Below are positions 44,345 through 58,179 of a DNA stretch of 64,000 nt, in pieces. The stretch is from Eledone cirrhosa. Taxonomy: Eukaryota. A model generated the notes under the pieces. That model did not search any database. It was not told the origin of the DNA and saw only the letters and a list, made by a program, of their open reading frames with translations. Where the stretch lies: assembly GCA_964016885.1 (NCBI GenBank), contig OZ024742.1:335854001-335918000 (forward strand). Reading direction: 5' to 3'. Position numbers and translations under genes: made by a program. Position 1 is the first letter of the stretch; every line of letters starts with the position of its first letter.

Positions 44345-44774
44345 TGGCGGACCGTTTTGCCGAACATTTGAGGGACATACGACTCAGTTTGGATACTCCT
44401 TCCCTACATGTTTCAGTCCTGGGTGTCCTTTTACATCATGGATCACAGGCCTCGCGCACCAGGATTGAACAAAGTCTGATTCACCGCCTTGGGTCCTATC
44501 TTGGACTCAACTCACCTCCCCAATTTCTCTAATACCCCGTTCATTATCACACACCTAGATTCCTATGGCTTTCTCTTGATCATTAGCAGCTTCTCTTACA
44601 ACTAATACAGGCCGACTATATATGCTCACTCCACTTTTCCCTTCACTGCTCTGTATAGACACATACACACCCTTATATTAACATACTTTTGCTCATAGCT
44701 TCCTACTTACATGCACACACACACTCTTTTACTCACATATACACACACTTTTCTTCTTAGCTTCGTACGGACCT

Positions 44775-44810
<36 letters not shown>

Positions 44811-45142
44811 TACGCACGTGCACAAGTATAGCTCTTTTTACAAAACGTTTATTTTTTCCACTTCAGGTAGACGTGATCCACAATCCACTTTTCTGAAAAA
44901 TAAATCATACAGCGCCAACAGTTTTGCAAGAGATGTCAACATGAATGGACCTGTTATTTTTATCTAAAGACATTTTTTCCAATTCCATCCCGCTCGTCCC
45001 CTCAATCTATCTCATTTCTCATTCTTTCTTCTGTTTAAGGACTAGCGTCCGAAACGTTAAGACCCTCTTCCTGCTATATCAAGCGTTAACCTAATGTATA
45101 CCTTCCATATACTGTACCGATTGTGTTGTTATTTCTGTTACC

Positions 45143-45147
<5 letters not shown>
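44345..45147 (+). mobile_element. 5'-truncated Penelope-like element (Neptune-type GIY-YIG C-terminus plus pseudo-LTR) with a degenerate hammerhead at 45027-45062
   Basis: DRFAEHLRDIR...RTRIEQSLIHRLGSYLGLN. The 3' region is homologous to 3705-3827 and 2785-3015. Ends at (CA)n. Confidence 0.75.
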
Positions 45148-45241
<94 letters not shown>

Positions 45242-45405
45242 TAATTAGATTTTTGATCCGCCGGCAACTCCACACGCCACCTCAGTGTCTTCGGGCTCGC
45301 ACATAGTGCACCAATGACTCGTGCTGACGGAGAGAACAGCAACTTATTTTCTCCTTCCAAACCTTTCTCCCCCTCACCTTAACGCGCCACAATCTCCCTT
45401 TAATC

Positions 45406-45516
<111 letters not shown>

Positions 45517-46005
45517 ACCCCAGCTTCTCATCAGACAATAAATCTGCACCTGGAAAGGAAAGTTCCTCGCCCGGTTTTGTTTTAGTAGAAGACGATCAGA
45601 CGCGACTGCATATAATTCTCATGTCTTCACGCCTCTGATGATTCCCTAGGGAATGGTCTGAAGCTCGACACCATTAACGTCGCAAAAGTATTCGGCACTA
45701 AAAGAACCGAAAATATACCATCTGTCCTTCGACCAAATTTCGCCATTCCACTACTCTGGATTGGCACTTTTTTATCAACCCCGAAATATGTAGATTTATA
45801 TGCATCGCTTGGAAAACAGACAATTTTTTGCTCTACTTTCTTTAAATAAGAAATTGGCTTTGCGTGTTTCACAGATTACGTGCTGTGCAATAACTATATA
45901 TTATTTAAAATAGTGTAGTTATTACGAAGCATTGTGAGATATGTAATAGAAGACTGATCATTTTCAAAAAGCCGGTACAATGCATTAGAAAAATACAAAG
46001 GACAA

Positions 46006-46197
46006 ATAATTGTTTCTACTTTTGGCACAAGGCCAGCAATTACCCAGTGCATTACTGGTACTTTATTTTATCGACCTCGTAAGGATGAAAGGCAAAGTTA
46101 ACCTCGGCGGGATTTGAACTCAGAATGGTAAGGACTGTAACTCTATGCGTCTAAACATGGCGTCTGACCCTCTACCGATAGAGCCAATCCACCGCAA
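46006..46197 (-). mobile_element. SINE family B, full length
   Basis: Reverse complement reads gcggtggattggc...gagttcaaatcccgccgaggttaactttgcctttcatcc...gtagaaacaattatt. Confidence 0.85.
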
Positions 46198-46459
46198 ATA
46201 ATGACAAATAAAAAAAAACAAAGTAATGTTTCACCCGTGTTTCAACATGATATTCCAGGGCTAATATCCTCTGTTCAAATGTGGAGCTGAAAGAGTTAAA
46301 AAAATCGAACGATCGATATATTCTTCCTTAACTAGCCTACGTTTTATTTGTCATCATTTTCTCTTTGTATTTTTCTACCGCATTACAACGTCTTTTTTTA
46401 AATGCAATCTCGCATGGTCTTCTGTGTACGGAGAAAATAATAAAATACGCTTACATTTC

Positions 46460-46904
46460 ATTATTACAGCGAGGTGAGGCGGTGGATTGGCGGTATCGGT
46501 AGAGGGTCGGAGGCCATGCTTTGCAGCATAGAGTTACGGCTCTTTATGATCTGAGCTCAAATCCCGCCGAGGTTAACTTTGCCTTTCATCCTTATGGGGT
46601 TGATAAAATAAAGTACCAGTCACGCACTAGGGTCGATTTAATCGACTTTCCCCTCCCCAAAAATTACTGGTCTTGTGCCTATATAAGAAACCATTATTAC
46701 AGCGAGGTGGATTGGCAGTATCGGTAGAGGGTCTGAGGCCATGCTTTGCAGCAAAGAGTTACGGCCCCTTATGGTCAGAGTTCAAATCCCGCCGAGGTTA
46801 ACTTTGCCTTTCATCCTTACGGGGTCGATAAAATAAAGTACCAGTAATGTATTGGGTTATTGCTGGCCTTGTGCCAAAAGTAGAAACAATTATTACAGCG
46901 AGGT
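46460..46904 (+). mobile_element. Two tandem SINE family B copies (about 46477-46697 and 46705-46893)
   Basis: Both have the tRNA-like head and the gcctttcatcctta.gggg..gataaaataaagtaccag core. They are separated and flanked by attattacagcgaggt. Confidence 0.88.
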
Positions 46905-47127
46905 TTATAAGTAAAAAAATACAAAACAGAAACTGATGTTACGTCTACAATAAAATGATCCTAGATATTCTAATAGATGTGCTACGCATTAACATTTATT
47001 ATTTAACACACACACACACACGCAAACATATATATATATACATATGAATTTTACCTGCCCTATATATATATATATATATATATAGTGACGAAACAAGTCA
47101 ATTGCATGAACTCATAATCCTTTATTT

Positions 47128-47183
47128 ACTGCTATATATATTTCGATGATAGCCATTGAATGGCTATGACCTCATCAGGCAGT
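47128..47183 (-). ncRNA. Minimal type-I hammerhead ribozyme, intact core
   Basis: Reverse complement: actgc-CTGATGA-ggtc ATAGCCAT tca ATGGCTAT catc-GAAA-tatata-TA-gcagt. Confidence 0.8.
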
Positions 47184-47490
47184 TAGTTAGTTCTTAGATA
47201 TGCCAGCTATGTGTTTTTGGTGTTGTTGGTATCAGAGCCTTGGGACATATGAGCTCGTTAGGGATAATTTAATGTTGTCACCAGGAATAATCTTAATTCC
47301 CATTGGTCAGTTTGTAGATGCTAGTAGGGTTGGTATTTGACCTCAAAGAGGCAGGTGGTGTTGTAAAGTTCAAACCGTCTGGCAAGATGACAATAGTTCC
47401 ATATGACTGATTATCACAAAAAGCATTCCTGGTCAGATATATATTCAATTGAGGTTTATAGTATGAAATTCGATACTACAGGTCATTCTT

Positions 47491-47766
47491 AAATTGAGGA
47501 ATTTATGTGGGGTGGTACTACTAAAAATTATGGTTAGAGTCAAATACTTAGAAAGTTTACATATAAAAAGTTTACATATTAAAAGACTTATGTTGGTTGA
47601 CTTGCACATACACTCCCACCCACCCCCACAGACAAACACACACATCCACACATACAAATTGAGGAATGTATGTGAGGAGGTAATACTGAAAATGATGGTT
47701 AGAGTCAAATAGAAAGTTTACAAATAAAAACACTTATGTTGGTTGACTTGTACATACACTCACACC
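47491..47766. repeat. Diverged direct repeat of about 110-130 bp (47491-47620 and 47656-47766)
   Basis: aaattgaggaat...atggttagagtcaaata...acttatgttggttgacttg.acatacactc occurs twice. Confidence 0.8.
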
Positions 47767-47961
47767 TACCCCCACATACACACACACACATCTACACACA
47801 AATCCATACAGATGTGCATACACAAGTGCATATATATATACAACAGAGGCCGCCAAATCCAAGTATATGGTAGACATAAAACGAGGTGGGTGTTATTTAA
47901 TGAAAAGTAAAGTGGGTGCTTGGAAAAGTTATTGTTTAGACTAGACAAAAGCATATATGTG

Positions 47962-48016
<55 letters not shown>

Positions 48017-48219
48017 GAATATATATATATATATATGTAATGGATGTATATATGTATGTATGTGTGTATGTGTGTGTATGTGTATTTATGTGTATATATG
48101 TATATATGTATGTGTGTTTATGTGTGTTAGTGAACATAGAATATGATATAAATACACAGAATATAAACACACACAGACACACATACACACAAACACACAC
48201 GCACACACACACGCGCGCG

Positions 48220-48260
<41 letters not shown>

Positions 48261-48499
48261 GCACACTCCAGACAATAAAACATTTCCTAGTGGTCATGCG
48301 CAGTGATGTCGAACTTTATGTTCGACTGACAATTTCTATGGTGACCAAAGTCTGTGTCTCGACCAGGAGATTGATTCTGCATTATTAGATGGTCAATAAA
48401 CTGGACAGTCCACTGCTTGTGAGATTTGCCTGCGTGTATGATGAAAGGGATAATGTGACAGCGATAGCTTTAGTTTATGTGTTTGCTGGTGTCTGCGAA

Positions 48500-48810
48500 G
48501 GCGCATGTCATAGTAGTTAAGCTGCTGGGCTCACGATGGTAAGGTCGTGAGTTCAATTTACAAATCGAGTGACGCGTTGTGTCCCTTGAGCAAAACTCTT
48601 TATTTCAAGTTGCTTCAGTCAATTCAACTAAAAACAAAAAAATGAGTTGTACTTGTAATTCAACGGGCCAGCCATGTTATATATTGTGTCATAGTGAATC
48701 TCCCTGGGAAATGCGTCAAAAGTACACGTGTCTGTTGAATGCTCAGTTACTTACACGATAATTTCACGAGCTGGCAGTTCCGTTGATTAAATCAACTGGA
48801 GTGCTCCTCA
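48500..48810 (+). mobile_element. SINE family A
   Basis: tagtagttaag...gtgagttcaat...tgtgtcccttgagcaa, homologous to 1-240. Confidence 0.7.
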
Positions 48811-49040
48811 TCTAACACAACATACGTTTATGTAAGTGTGTGCGTGTGATAACGAGAATGTGTGATAGAATCACAGTTTGTTTGTGTATGCGTATGTCAT
48901 GATGTGAGTGTTTGTGAAATGCTTGTGTGTGTGTGTGTTAAGATGCCTGATATTTGTGCGTTTGGGAAATCCGTGTATGTATGTGTTGTGATATTTTCGA
49001 TGATGTCGATTTGTGAAACACACACACACACACACACACG

Positions 49041-49121
<81 letters not shown>

Positions 49122-50487
49122 ATGTGTGTGTATGTAAGCGATAACGTTTCATTGCCTGTTTATATGTGTATATGATAATGAGAATGTGTGTGTGCTAATG
49201 ATCGTGTGAAATTGCACCAAACTCATTTCTGACATCAGGTTCGACAACATAGGCTGGCAGTAGTCGAGAACTCCGCGTGAGATTCGGCGCTGCACATCTT
49301 CTGATTTACCATTTCTGGCTTATCTTTCTTCAATAGTTTCCAGTCGTGCCCTTATCCACGAAATTTTCTGTAAAACATCCGATTTTAATGTGGACCAGGA
49401 ACGAGTTTCAGTGCTGCCTGTCAGGATTATCGGCCTCACTGACCTCCAGTACGTAGGTTAGCAACGCCCCTAGAATGACTTCAAATGTAAATCAATCTGC
49501 ACGAAGACTGAATCTTCCCTTGGTCGATGACGTTTCATTTGCCTTCAGTTTGCTTCGCAAACAAGCAGCGGCGAGTGGCTTGATTCGGTGCCTTCTTCAC
49601 CACCCAGTACCTTTCATCATAATGAGTGCGTTCGCATTGTGGTTGCCCCAAGCCTTGGCTTCTACGTGTATGAGCCACATAAATACTGCTATGAAACCCC
49701 GACCTGTCAACGAGTTTGGGCTAACAAACAAAATAAGGCTTCACAACTGAAGAAGAAGTACGCGATGTGAAATGACTAATGCAACGGATATCGCTGACTT
49801 TTCTCCGCGGAAACACTTTTACCAAGTTGTCTTCAGGGCATATATTTTTTTTTACTTGTGCTAATTTTTATATTTGTGTTCTTCAGCCTCAGATCGCATG
49901 ATCCGTAATACATATTTCTATTCCTTAGCGTTTTATCTGTGCACAAATGTATCCGTTTTACTGCTTTGCTTTGTATTTAGACCCAATAATTTGTTTTGTT
50001 CATATTTTCATATCTCAATACATTTTGTTGTATTTTTTCACGTTGGTATTTTCCAGCAACCTGTTTGTTATTGATACTTTTGAAGAGAGTCCGTTTTTTT
50101 TTGGCTACTGGTTGTCCCATCCAATCGAAAGATTTACTCGTATTTTGTAGATGCGTTAGTGATACAGCTATAAGGCCGGTACCACCTTATGTATCGAAAC
50201 CGGATTGTTACATGAGCTATAGTGGGCGAATGAAGAGGAGAATATTGCTTTTCCGTGTTATCTCGATGTGTTTCTGTGTCTGTCTTGAGGAGGTCATAGA
50301 ACGTTTGACGAAAGAACTTTTAAAAGAAAATGAATAACTAACAATAAAGATAAAGTAATATATGGTGCGAGTGTTTCTTTATATTGGCAAATGACCATTC
50401 CCGAAATATAACAATATCGGTTTCAACACACGATTTCACATCAAGAATCTTACAGAAGAAACACACACACACACACACACACACGCG

Positions 50488-50594
<107 letters not shown>

Positions 50595-50812
50595 GTGTGT
50601 GTGGCCCCGGAACGTCGTTTATTGGGCATTTAAAGCCTGGCGGAGCCCATCCCTCTCCAAGCCTGAGTACAGTACATTTCTTCCAGAGAAAGATAGAAAC
50701 TGAGAGAGAGGAGAGACAATGAGAAAGAGATATAGAGGAAGAATCGATCCCAGTACTAGACTGGTACTTTTTTTAATCAATCTCATAAGGATGAATGGCA
50801 AAGCTGAAACTC

Positions 50813-50870
<58 letters not shown>

Positions 50871-50929
50871 GTTATAAAAATGTTTCTACGTTTGGCACAA
50901 TGCCCATCAATCCGTACATACATCTTTTC

Positions 50930-51261
50930 CATTGACCCCTTCGGTCACGAATGACCATGGGATTTGCACCAAGGAAGTTTCCCTCCGAGGCACAAGTCCA
51001 GGCAAGTTTGTTTGTGGAAGACCAGTAGTGTCCCATCTATGCATAACAGCCTCCCCTCTCCTCGCCACCGATGATGTCCAAGGGAAAGGCAATGGCCGAT
51101 ACAGCTTGGTACCTGTGACTTCGCAACTCATTTCTACAGCTGAGTAAACTGCAGCAATGTGAAATGAAGTGTCAAGGACATAACGCATTAACCACGTCCG
51201 ACAATCGAAGTCACAACCTTCCGATTTCAAGCCCAATGCTCTAACCACTAAGCCATGCGAT

Positions 51262-51262
<1 letters not shown>
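50930..51262 (-). mobile_element. SINE family A variant
   Basis: Head gcatggcttagtggttagagc; body homologous to 17815-18075. Confidence 0.7.
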
Positions 51263-51293
<31 letters not shown>

Positions 51294-51331
51294 CATACAT
51301 ACATACATACATACATACATACATACATACA

Positions 51332-51361
<30 letters not shown>

Positions 51362-51363
<2 letters not shown>

Positions 51364-51620
51364 ATATCAAAGATTAGCGAAAAAGAGAATATTTAAGCAG
51401 AACTGATGAGAAATCTGCAGATACTACCCTGATTACACCTTCAGATTTATGCCTGTGATTATTGGGGCACTGGAGTATATTAGTAACTGCCTCAATACAA
51501 ATCTTGAGAAGCTGGACTTCACAGGAACAGAAATAACACAACTAGTTAAGAAATTACAAGTACAATCCATTAATGGAACAGTAAGAATATGTAAAACATT
51601 CCAAATATTTTGCATCTAAT
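51362..51620 (+). mobile_element. RLE-clade non-LTR retrotransposon, C-terminal fragment
   Basis: Manual translation SEKENI*AELMRNL...FMPVIIGALEYI...LQVQSINGTVRICKTF resembles the end of a restriction-like endonuclease domain. Starts at (ATAC)n. Confidence 0.6.
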
Positions 51621-52740
51621 AACTGCATATACAACGCAGATATATAACTGCAGATACAACGCATGTACACATGCATACATACAACTCGAAACATAAACAT
51701 CCACACATACAATAACATCCATATCTACACATGCTTGCATACATACATATCTACCTAGTTGATGTTGTGTAAATTCCAGTGAGAGAGTCTTGTGTCTATG
51801 ATAGAAACCGACTCTCTCTATTGGTAAAACTTTGTGAAATTATAAAACCAGAGGAAACATACATACATACATAGATACATACATACATACATACATACAT
51901 ACATACATACATACATACATACATACATACATACATACATACATACATGGTGGCTGCCAACTGGTTTTCGAGTACGGCCACTACTTTATATCCATGTAAG
52001 AGAACCCCTACCGATGCGCTTAATGAGTGTGACTTTTTAGTCCAGCAAGTGACTTGAAAACTCTGGTACAAACACTACACCTGTGACAATTATTGACACA
52101 TAGTGCTGGGCCTATGGTACCATGTGATGACAAGTGCAGACAGATCTCCAGATATAAAGCAATGCCTGTGCCGTGAAGCTTTTATAGTGAGCAAAGGCAC
52201 TGCACAAAGCCAGTCCCACTCGCTTAACCAAGATGATATTTACCAAAAAGAAGAACAAGTCAACATCATTGGATACCATCAGGGTTGCAGGTGTTATATC
52301 AGAGTTTTCCTTCTCCTAGAATTCTGCCTTGACAAAGGCTAAGGGGTCATCTCTCCCGGTGATTTTGGATGGCCATTGACTCTTAAGAGCTCCTTTGCCC
52401 TTTGACAGGTTTTGTTTTTAGTCCTGCAGGAGGTCCAAAGTCACCCTCTTCACAAAGAAACCTTGGTGGGGTTGCCAGTTTAGTCGCCAACGACCCGACC
52501 ATGAGTCAGGTTGTACTGGGATACATGTTACCAGTAGCACCAACCGGTGACCTGTCAAATACATACATGATGGCTGCCCCTCGTTATCGAGTATGGTCAT
52601 TGCACGAGGAGAAAGAAAAAAAAAATAATAATAATAAATATATAAATAAAAAATAAATAAAAAATAAATAAATAAATTTAAAAAAAAAATAAAATAAAAA
52701 AATAAATAAAAAAAATATATATATACATATACATATACAT

Positions 52741-52786
<46 letters not shown>

Positions 52787-52910
52787 ATATACACACATAC
52801 ATTAATAACAATAATAATAATAATAATAATAACAACAATAATAATAACGACAACAACAATAATAATATACATATACATATATATATACACACACACGCAC
52901 ACACATAAGC

Positions 52911-52972
<62 letters not shown>

Positions 52973-52978
52973 TAGCAA

Positions 52979-55030
52979 CTAACAGCGCTGCGATCGAATG
53001 TGGCTTTTTAGCCCAGCCAATGATCTAAAATGTCTTGCACAGAGTCGGCAACCAAAACATTTACTGGGAATAGTCGGCTGTGGTTGGAGTTCGTGTACTT
53101 TTGCATGTCGCTTGAGCCCTCCTGCTGATTTACATTCTCTACCACATGTTTGGCAAGCATGATGAGTAGCATCTCCAACAGCAGCCTGGTAGACAACCAC
53201 TGGTCTTACTTTATGACTGCGAAGATGACTTTCGAGTCCAGCTTTGCTTAGGCAGAGTCTCGCACATACGCTGCATGTCAGCACCATAGGAGGACCCTCG
53301 CCGTCTGAAAGTGCAACAGCAATGCCCTTCCTCACATCCCGCTTTACTTTCTCGTATGCGATTCGAGATGCCTCAAAGGCAACTTTTCCCTCATATTCCG
53401 TCTTTCTCCATTTATTACGATCAGCAGCAATATTCTCCCATGTATCAGCAGAGATGTTAGCGTCTTTCAGAGAGGCTTTCAAGGAATCCTTATACCTCTT
53501 TTTTGGTTTATGTGGCGGTCGTTTTCCTTTAACCAACTCTCCATAAAAGAGTTGTTTTGGTATTCTAGAATCCTTCATCCTGGCAAGGTGACCACTCCAA
53601 CGGAGTCGTTGCTTAAGCACAAGAGCTTCTATACTGTCACACATAGAGCTTTCCAAAATCTCGACATCACTTATGTGGTCCCTCCAGCGAACGCCATGGA
53701 TCAGTCTGGGACACATCTGATGGAAACGCTCCAATTGCTTAAGGTGGTGTCGATATGTGACCCAGGTCTCGCAGGCATAAAGAAGACAAGAGAGCACACA
53801 TGCCTTGTACACCTTTACCTTTGTCCTCCTGCATATGTCTCGCCGAACCCAGAGTCGCCGTTCTAGCTTTCCGAAAGCATCACTTGCTTTCCTAATCCTA
53901 AGTGAGATTTCACTGTCAAGGTTGCTGTATTGATCGACAGTGCTTCCCAGGTAGACAAACTGATCAACCACTCCAAGTCGTTTGCCATACACATAGATGT
54001 TTGGTTCAGTGTACTGCTTACCAGGGGCAGGTTGGTACATGACGACGGTTTTCTTGAGACTGACAGTCAGACCTAGGGCAGTGCAAGCGTCAGAAAATGC
54101 ATTCAAAATGTGCTGCATATCACTCTCTGTGTGCGCTACAAGATCGCAATCATCTGCATACAAGAGGTCTCTTATGATTGATGTAAATACTTTTGTCTTC
54201 GCAGCAAAGCGCCTGATGTTAAATATGCTGCCTGAGGTTCGATATCGGATGTAAACACCATGCTCGCAATTCCTGAATGCAATACAGAAAACCATTGCAA
54301 AGTATATGGCAAACAGGGTCGGTGCTGGAATATCCCCCTGTTTCACTCCATTTTTTACTGAGATAGGCTCCGACACGTTACCCCCGACATTAACCCAAGC
54401 TTTCATGTCATCATGGAAAGACCTACCTAAAGCAAGGAACTTATCAGGGCAACCAAGTTTCTGGAGAACCTTCCATAATGCATCTCTGTTAACAGTATCG
54501 AAAGCTTTTGTCAGATCGACAAACACCTGATACAGATCCAAGCCTTGTTCCATGCACTTCTCCTGGAGCTGTCTAGCTGAGAAGATCATATCAGTAGTGC
54601 CGCGTCCAGCACGAAAACCAGATTGACTTTCAGGAAGAACACAATCTGCAATGTGTGTCAGCAGACCGTCCAGAAGCACCCTACATAAAACTTTCCCTAC
54701 GACAGAAAGCAATGATATACCTCTGTAGTTCCCACAATCGTTCCTGTAACCCTTTCCCTTGTACAAGACCACCATTACTGCATCTCTCCAGTCTTCAGGT
54801 ACGGATTCATTAGCCCATATCCTGCCAAACAAAGAGTGAAGATGTTGCAGGAGTCTCTCACCACCATATTGTAGGAGCTCAGCATGTATGCCATCCATAC
54901 CTGGAGATCTTCCACTGTTCAGCTTCGAAATAGCCACTGCAACCTCCACAAGCGTCGGAGGTTCTGCGAGAGCTACTTTCACAGGACTTTCTGGAATGAG
55001 ATTGAGGAAATCTTCACTCACGACAGACGG
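52979..55030 (-). pseudogene. RTE ORF, reverse transcriptase plus three C2H2-type zinc fingers
   Basis: LYADD. Fingers: CSVCARLCLSKAGLESHLRSH, CQTCGRECKSAGGLKRHAKVH and CRLCARHFRSLAGLKSHIRSQRC. Confidence 0.9.
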
Positions 55031-56385
55031 CTAATTCAAAAGATCATCAAAGTGCTCTCGCCACCTTCGTAGAATTCCTTGTGAGTCACGAAGAAGTTCT
55101 TTGCCATCCTTGCTGCGAAGCGGTGTCACCAGAGAAGAAGAGGGTCCATAAACCTCACGCAAGAGACTGTACAACAGCTTTGTGTTATTGGAATCAGACG
55201 CAGTTTGTATCTCACCAGCCTTCTCACTCCACCACTGATCCTTCATCTGAGAAAGACTCCGCCTAACACGTGATTTTACATCCCTGAGTTCCTCATGCAA
55301 CATATTCCTCTCCTGTGGTTTTGCCGTCAAGCAGCGTGACAGAGCACGCCTCTTATCAGCCAACAAGTCTTCTATATGTACATCGTTCTCATCAAACCAG
55401 TCCTGACGTTTCCTCTGCGCCAATCCCAGAACACGCCTGCCTACATCATAAACCGACTTTTTAAGGGTCCGCCAATCCTCACCAAGATCTGCAGCCTGCA
55501 TCTCTTCTTCCAATGTCCTCTTCACATTTTTATCCTTAAGACGAGCAGCATTCAATCTTTTGGGCAGGGCAACACCAGGAGCCCGGATTTTACGTTTAGT
55601 GATTAGTTTCACTTTTGCGCGTACCAGGCGGTGGTCCGTCCAGCACTCAGCTCCACGAAGAACACGAACACACTGCACATCCTGTCTGTCACGCATCCTG
55701 ACTAGGACGTAGTCCAAAAGATGCCATTCCTTAGATGCAGGATGCATCCATGTGGTCTTGAATTTGTTCTTTTGTTGGAACATGGTGTTGGTAACACACA
55801 GATCCAGCTCTTCACACATCTGCACCAGGAGCATACCATTGCTGTTATACTTTCCCACCCCATGCCTTCCGATTACATTCCATGTGTTAAAATCCCTACC
55901 CACTCTAGCATTAAAGTCACCAAGCACGATGACTTTGTCTGCCTGAGGGATATTTCTTAAAACACCTTTCAAGGCATGGTAAAAGGACACCTTTTCCTCA
56001 TCGACAGAACTCATAGTTGGAGCATACACACTCACCAGGGTAACATATCTTCCCTTGTCCAGCGGAACTTTCATGGACATAAGACGCTCACTAATCCCTA
56101 CTGGGAATTCTTCTAATTTGTTCACAAGCACAGTCTTAACAGCAAATCCTACCCCAGCCTCTCTTCTGGTTCCTTCATCTCTTCCTTTCCAGAAGAATGT
56201 ATATTCTCCACAAAATTCCGTAAGATGACCATCTCCAGCTAGCCTCGTCTCAGATAAAGCCACGATCTCAAGATCGTAACGTCGAAGCTCCTTTGCAACA
56301 AGAGCGGTCCTTCGTTCAGGACGCCCCAAGGAATCCCTGTCAAGCAGCGTCCGTATGTTCCAGCAGCCAAGACTAAATGCCTTGT
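55031..56385 (-). pseudogene. RTE ORF, APE endonuclease and linker portion
   Basis: Motifs as in the RTE entry above. The poly-Y/F N-terminus in the ORF track is microsatellite read-through, and the true start is unclear. Confidence 0.85.
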
Positions 56386-56890
56386 TTGGCTCTATTACAA
56401 TGGCACGATGACGAGCGGGCCCAGGCTGTGATAACCTGGGGTCCCTGCCCTTATTGCCAATGATCTTTTTTGTTCCAGAACCAAATTGCCAATTATCTCT
56501 TTTATATTGTTCTGGAACATCATTGAATTGGAAAAAAAAAAAAAAAAAGTAATAATAATAGTAATAATAATAATAATAATAATAATAGTACACTATTAAT
56601 AATTATTAATGCACTCGTGCAATGCCTGTGCGTGACGAATATTTTTAAAGTGAGGAAAGACTGTGCACTGAGCTAATCCCACCCCTGAGCGACAGTAGCT
56701 ATAACCCGAAAAGAAGAAAAGATCAACATCATCGGTAACTACTGAGCCGCAGGTTTTATGTCGGAGTTAACCCAGTTTCCTGAGATGCCTTCTCCTAGAA
56801 GAATGCCCTGACAAGGGCTAGGGGTTCTTCACTCCCAGTGGTTTAACTGCGCGAACGGGCATCCAGCCCGATTATTTCTATGTCCCCGCG

Positions 56891-56921
<31 letters not shown>

Positions 56922-57164
56922 TCACTTATTGACACTTATACGTACGACATACACACACGCGCATACATATGCGCGCACACAGCAACACTCATACATACAA
57001 ACAAACACACACACGCTACTCTACTCACTTACACACACATATATATATATATATATATTACCGTCATTACTGATACAAGATTACAAGATTATGTCAACTG
57101 CTGACTTTCAAGAGTTTGTATAGTTGAAGCCGATCGTATTACAGTCCAGTATTATTATAATTGC

Positions 57165-57320
57165 TTTACAGCATAGAGTCACGGCCCTCCACGCTCTGAG
57201 CTCAAATCCCGCCGAGGTCAACCTTGCCTTTCATCCCCACGGAGTCAACAAAAGAGAGTACCAGTGATGCGCTGGGCCAGTCGCTGGATCCGTGCCAAAA
57301 GCAGAAAAATTATTATTAAA
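57165..57320 (+). mobile_element. SINE family B, degenerate
   Basis: ctgagctcaaatcccgccgaggtcaaccttgcctttcatcc. Confidence 0.65.
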
Positions 57321-57916
57321 GTTGTTTTCTTAAGGCCCGGTCGCTGGTGATGGTGATGACGGCGGCGGTAGTGGTGGTGGTGGCAGTTGATGTTGTTGTT
57401 GTGTTGTGTGCGTGTGTGTGTGTGTTTTGTTATACATACATACATACATACATACATACATACATACATACATACATACATACATAAATACATACATACA
57501 TGATTATGGGTTTGCACAAGAATGAAAAGCAATATAGAAACGTAAAAAGTAATATCGTTATGAAGAGTAATCAACAATTAATGGAAGCTGAGTGTGCGTG
57601 GGTTGCTACTAGGAGAGTATTTCCTTCTTGATTTTCAGTTGCCTACGGATATGTTTCAGTCTTTCATGGGTCATTTAGAGCTGCCAACACTACACAACGA
57701 TTAATAAATATAGTTTTGATGAAGCAGGGGGTAGTTAAGTAAAAGCAATTTACAGTTTGTATATATGGAGTCGTAGTTCCTGATTGAATGGTAGGGGCAC
57801 CGTCGTGACATCCGGCGTATTTTGGGTGCATTGAAACGTAATGGTACCCAACCACTTCTCCAGGGTTGAATATAGCCGATTTCCTCCAAAGAAGGAGAGA
57901 GTGTGAGAGAGAGAGA

Positions 57917-58005
<89 letters not shown>

Positions 58006-58179
58006 AATGAGTGAGTGGAAGTGAGAAGGAATAGACCACCCTATAGAGCCGGTACTTTTATCGCCCTCGAAAGAATTAAAGACAAAATTGACGTTAGCGG
58101 GTTTGAACTCAGAAACCCCAGAACGCCGAAACGAATACCACAATGTCGGTTTTGATACTACTTCCAACTCGGCTACATA

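Larger units (their letters stand above)
52971..56400 (-). mobile_element. Near-intact RTE-clade LINE (single APE-RT ORF, one in-frame TAG at 55031-55033)
   Basis: APE motifs CWNIRTL, LSETRL, VYAPT, GDFN, LDYVLV, WTDH. RT motifs YRGISLLS, QSGFR, DLTKAFD, GVKQG, LYADD, FVYLGS. The two annotated ORFs are in the same frame. An 8-nt 3'UTR is followed by (TG)n. Confidence 0.93.

Noticed and set aside
45630-45665. Hammerhead at CTGATGA followed by the palindrome attccctagggaat
   Set aside because: No correctly placed GAAA and no stem I.
50280-50330. Hammerhead-like TTGAGGA-g-GTCA...TGAC-GAAA
   Set aside because: The core is mutated and stems I and III do not pair. Too degenerate to call.
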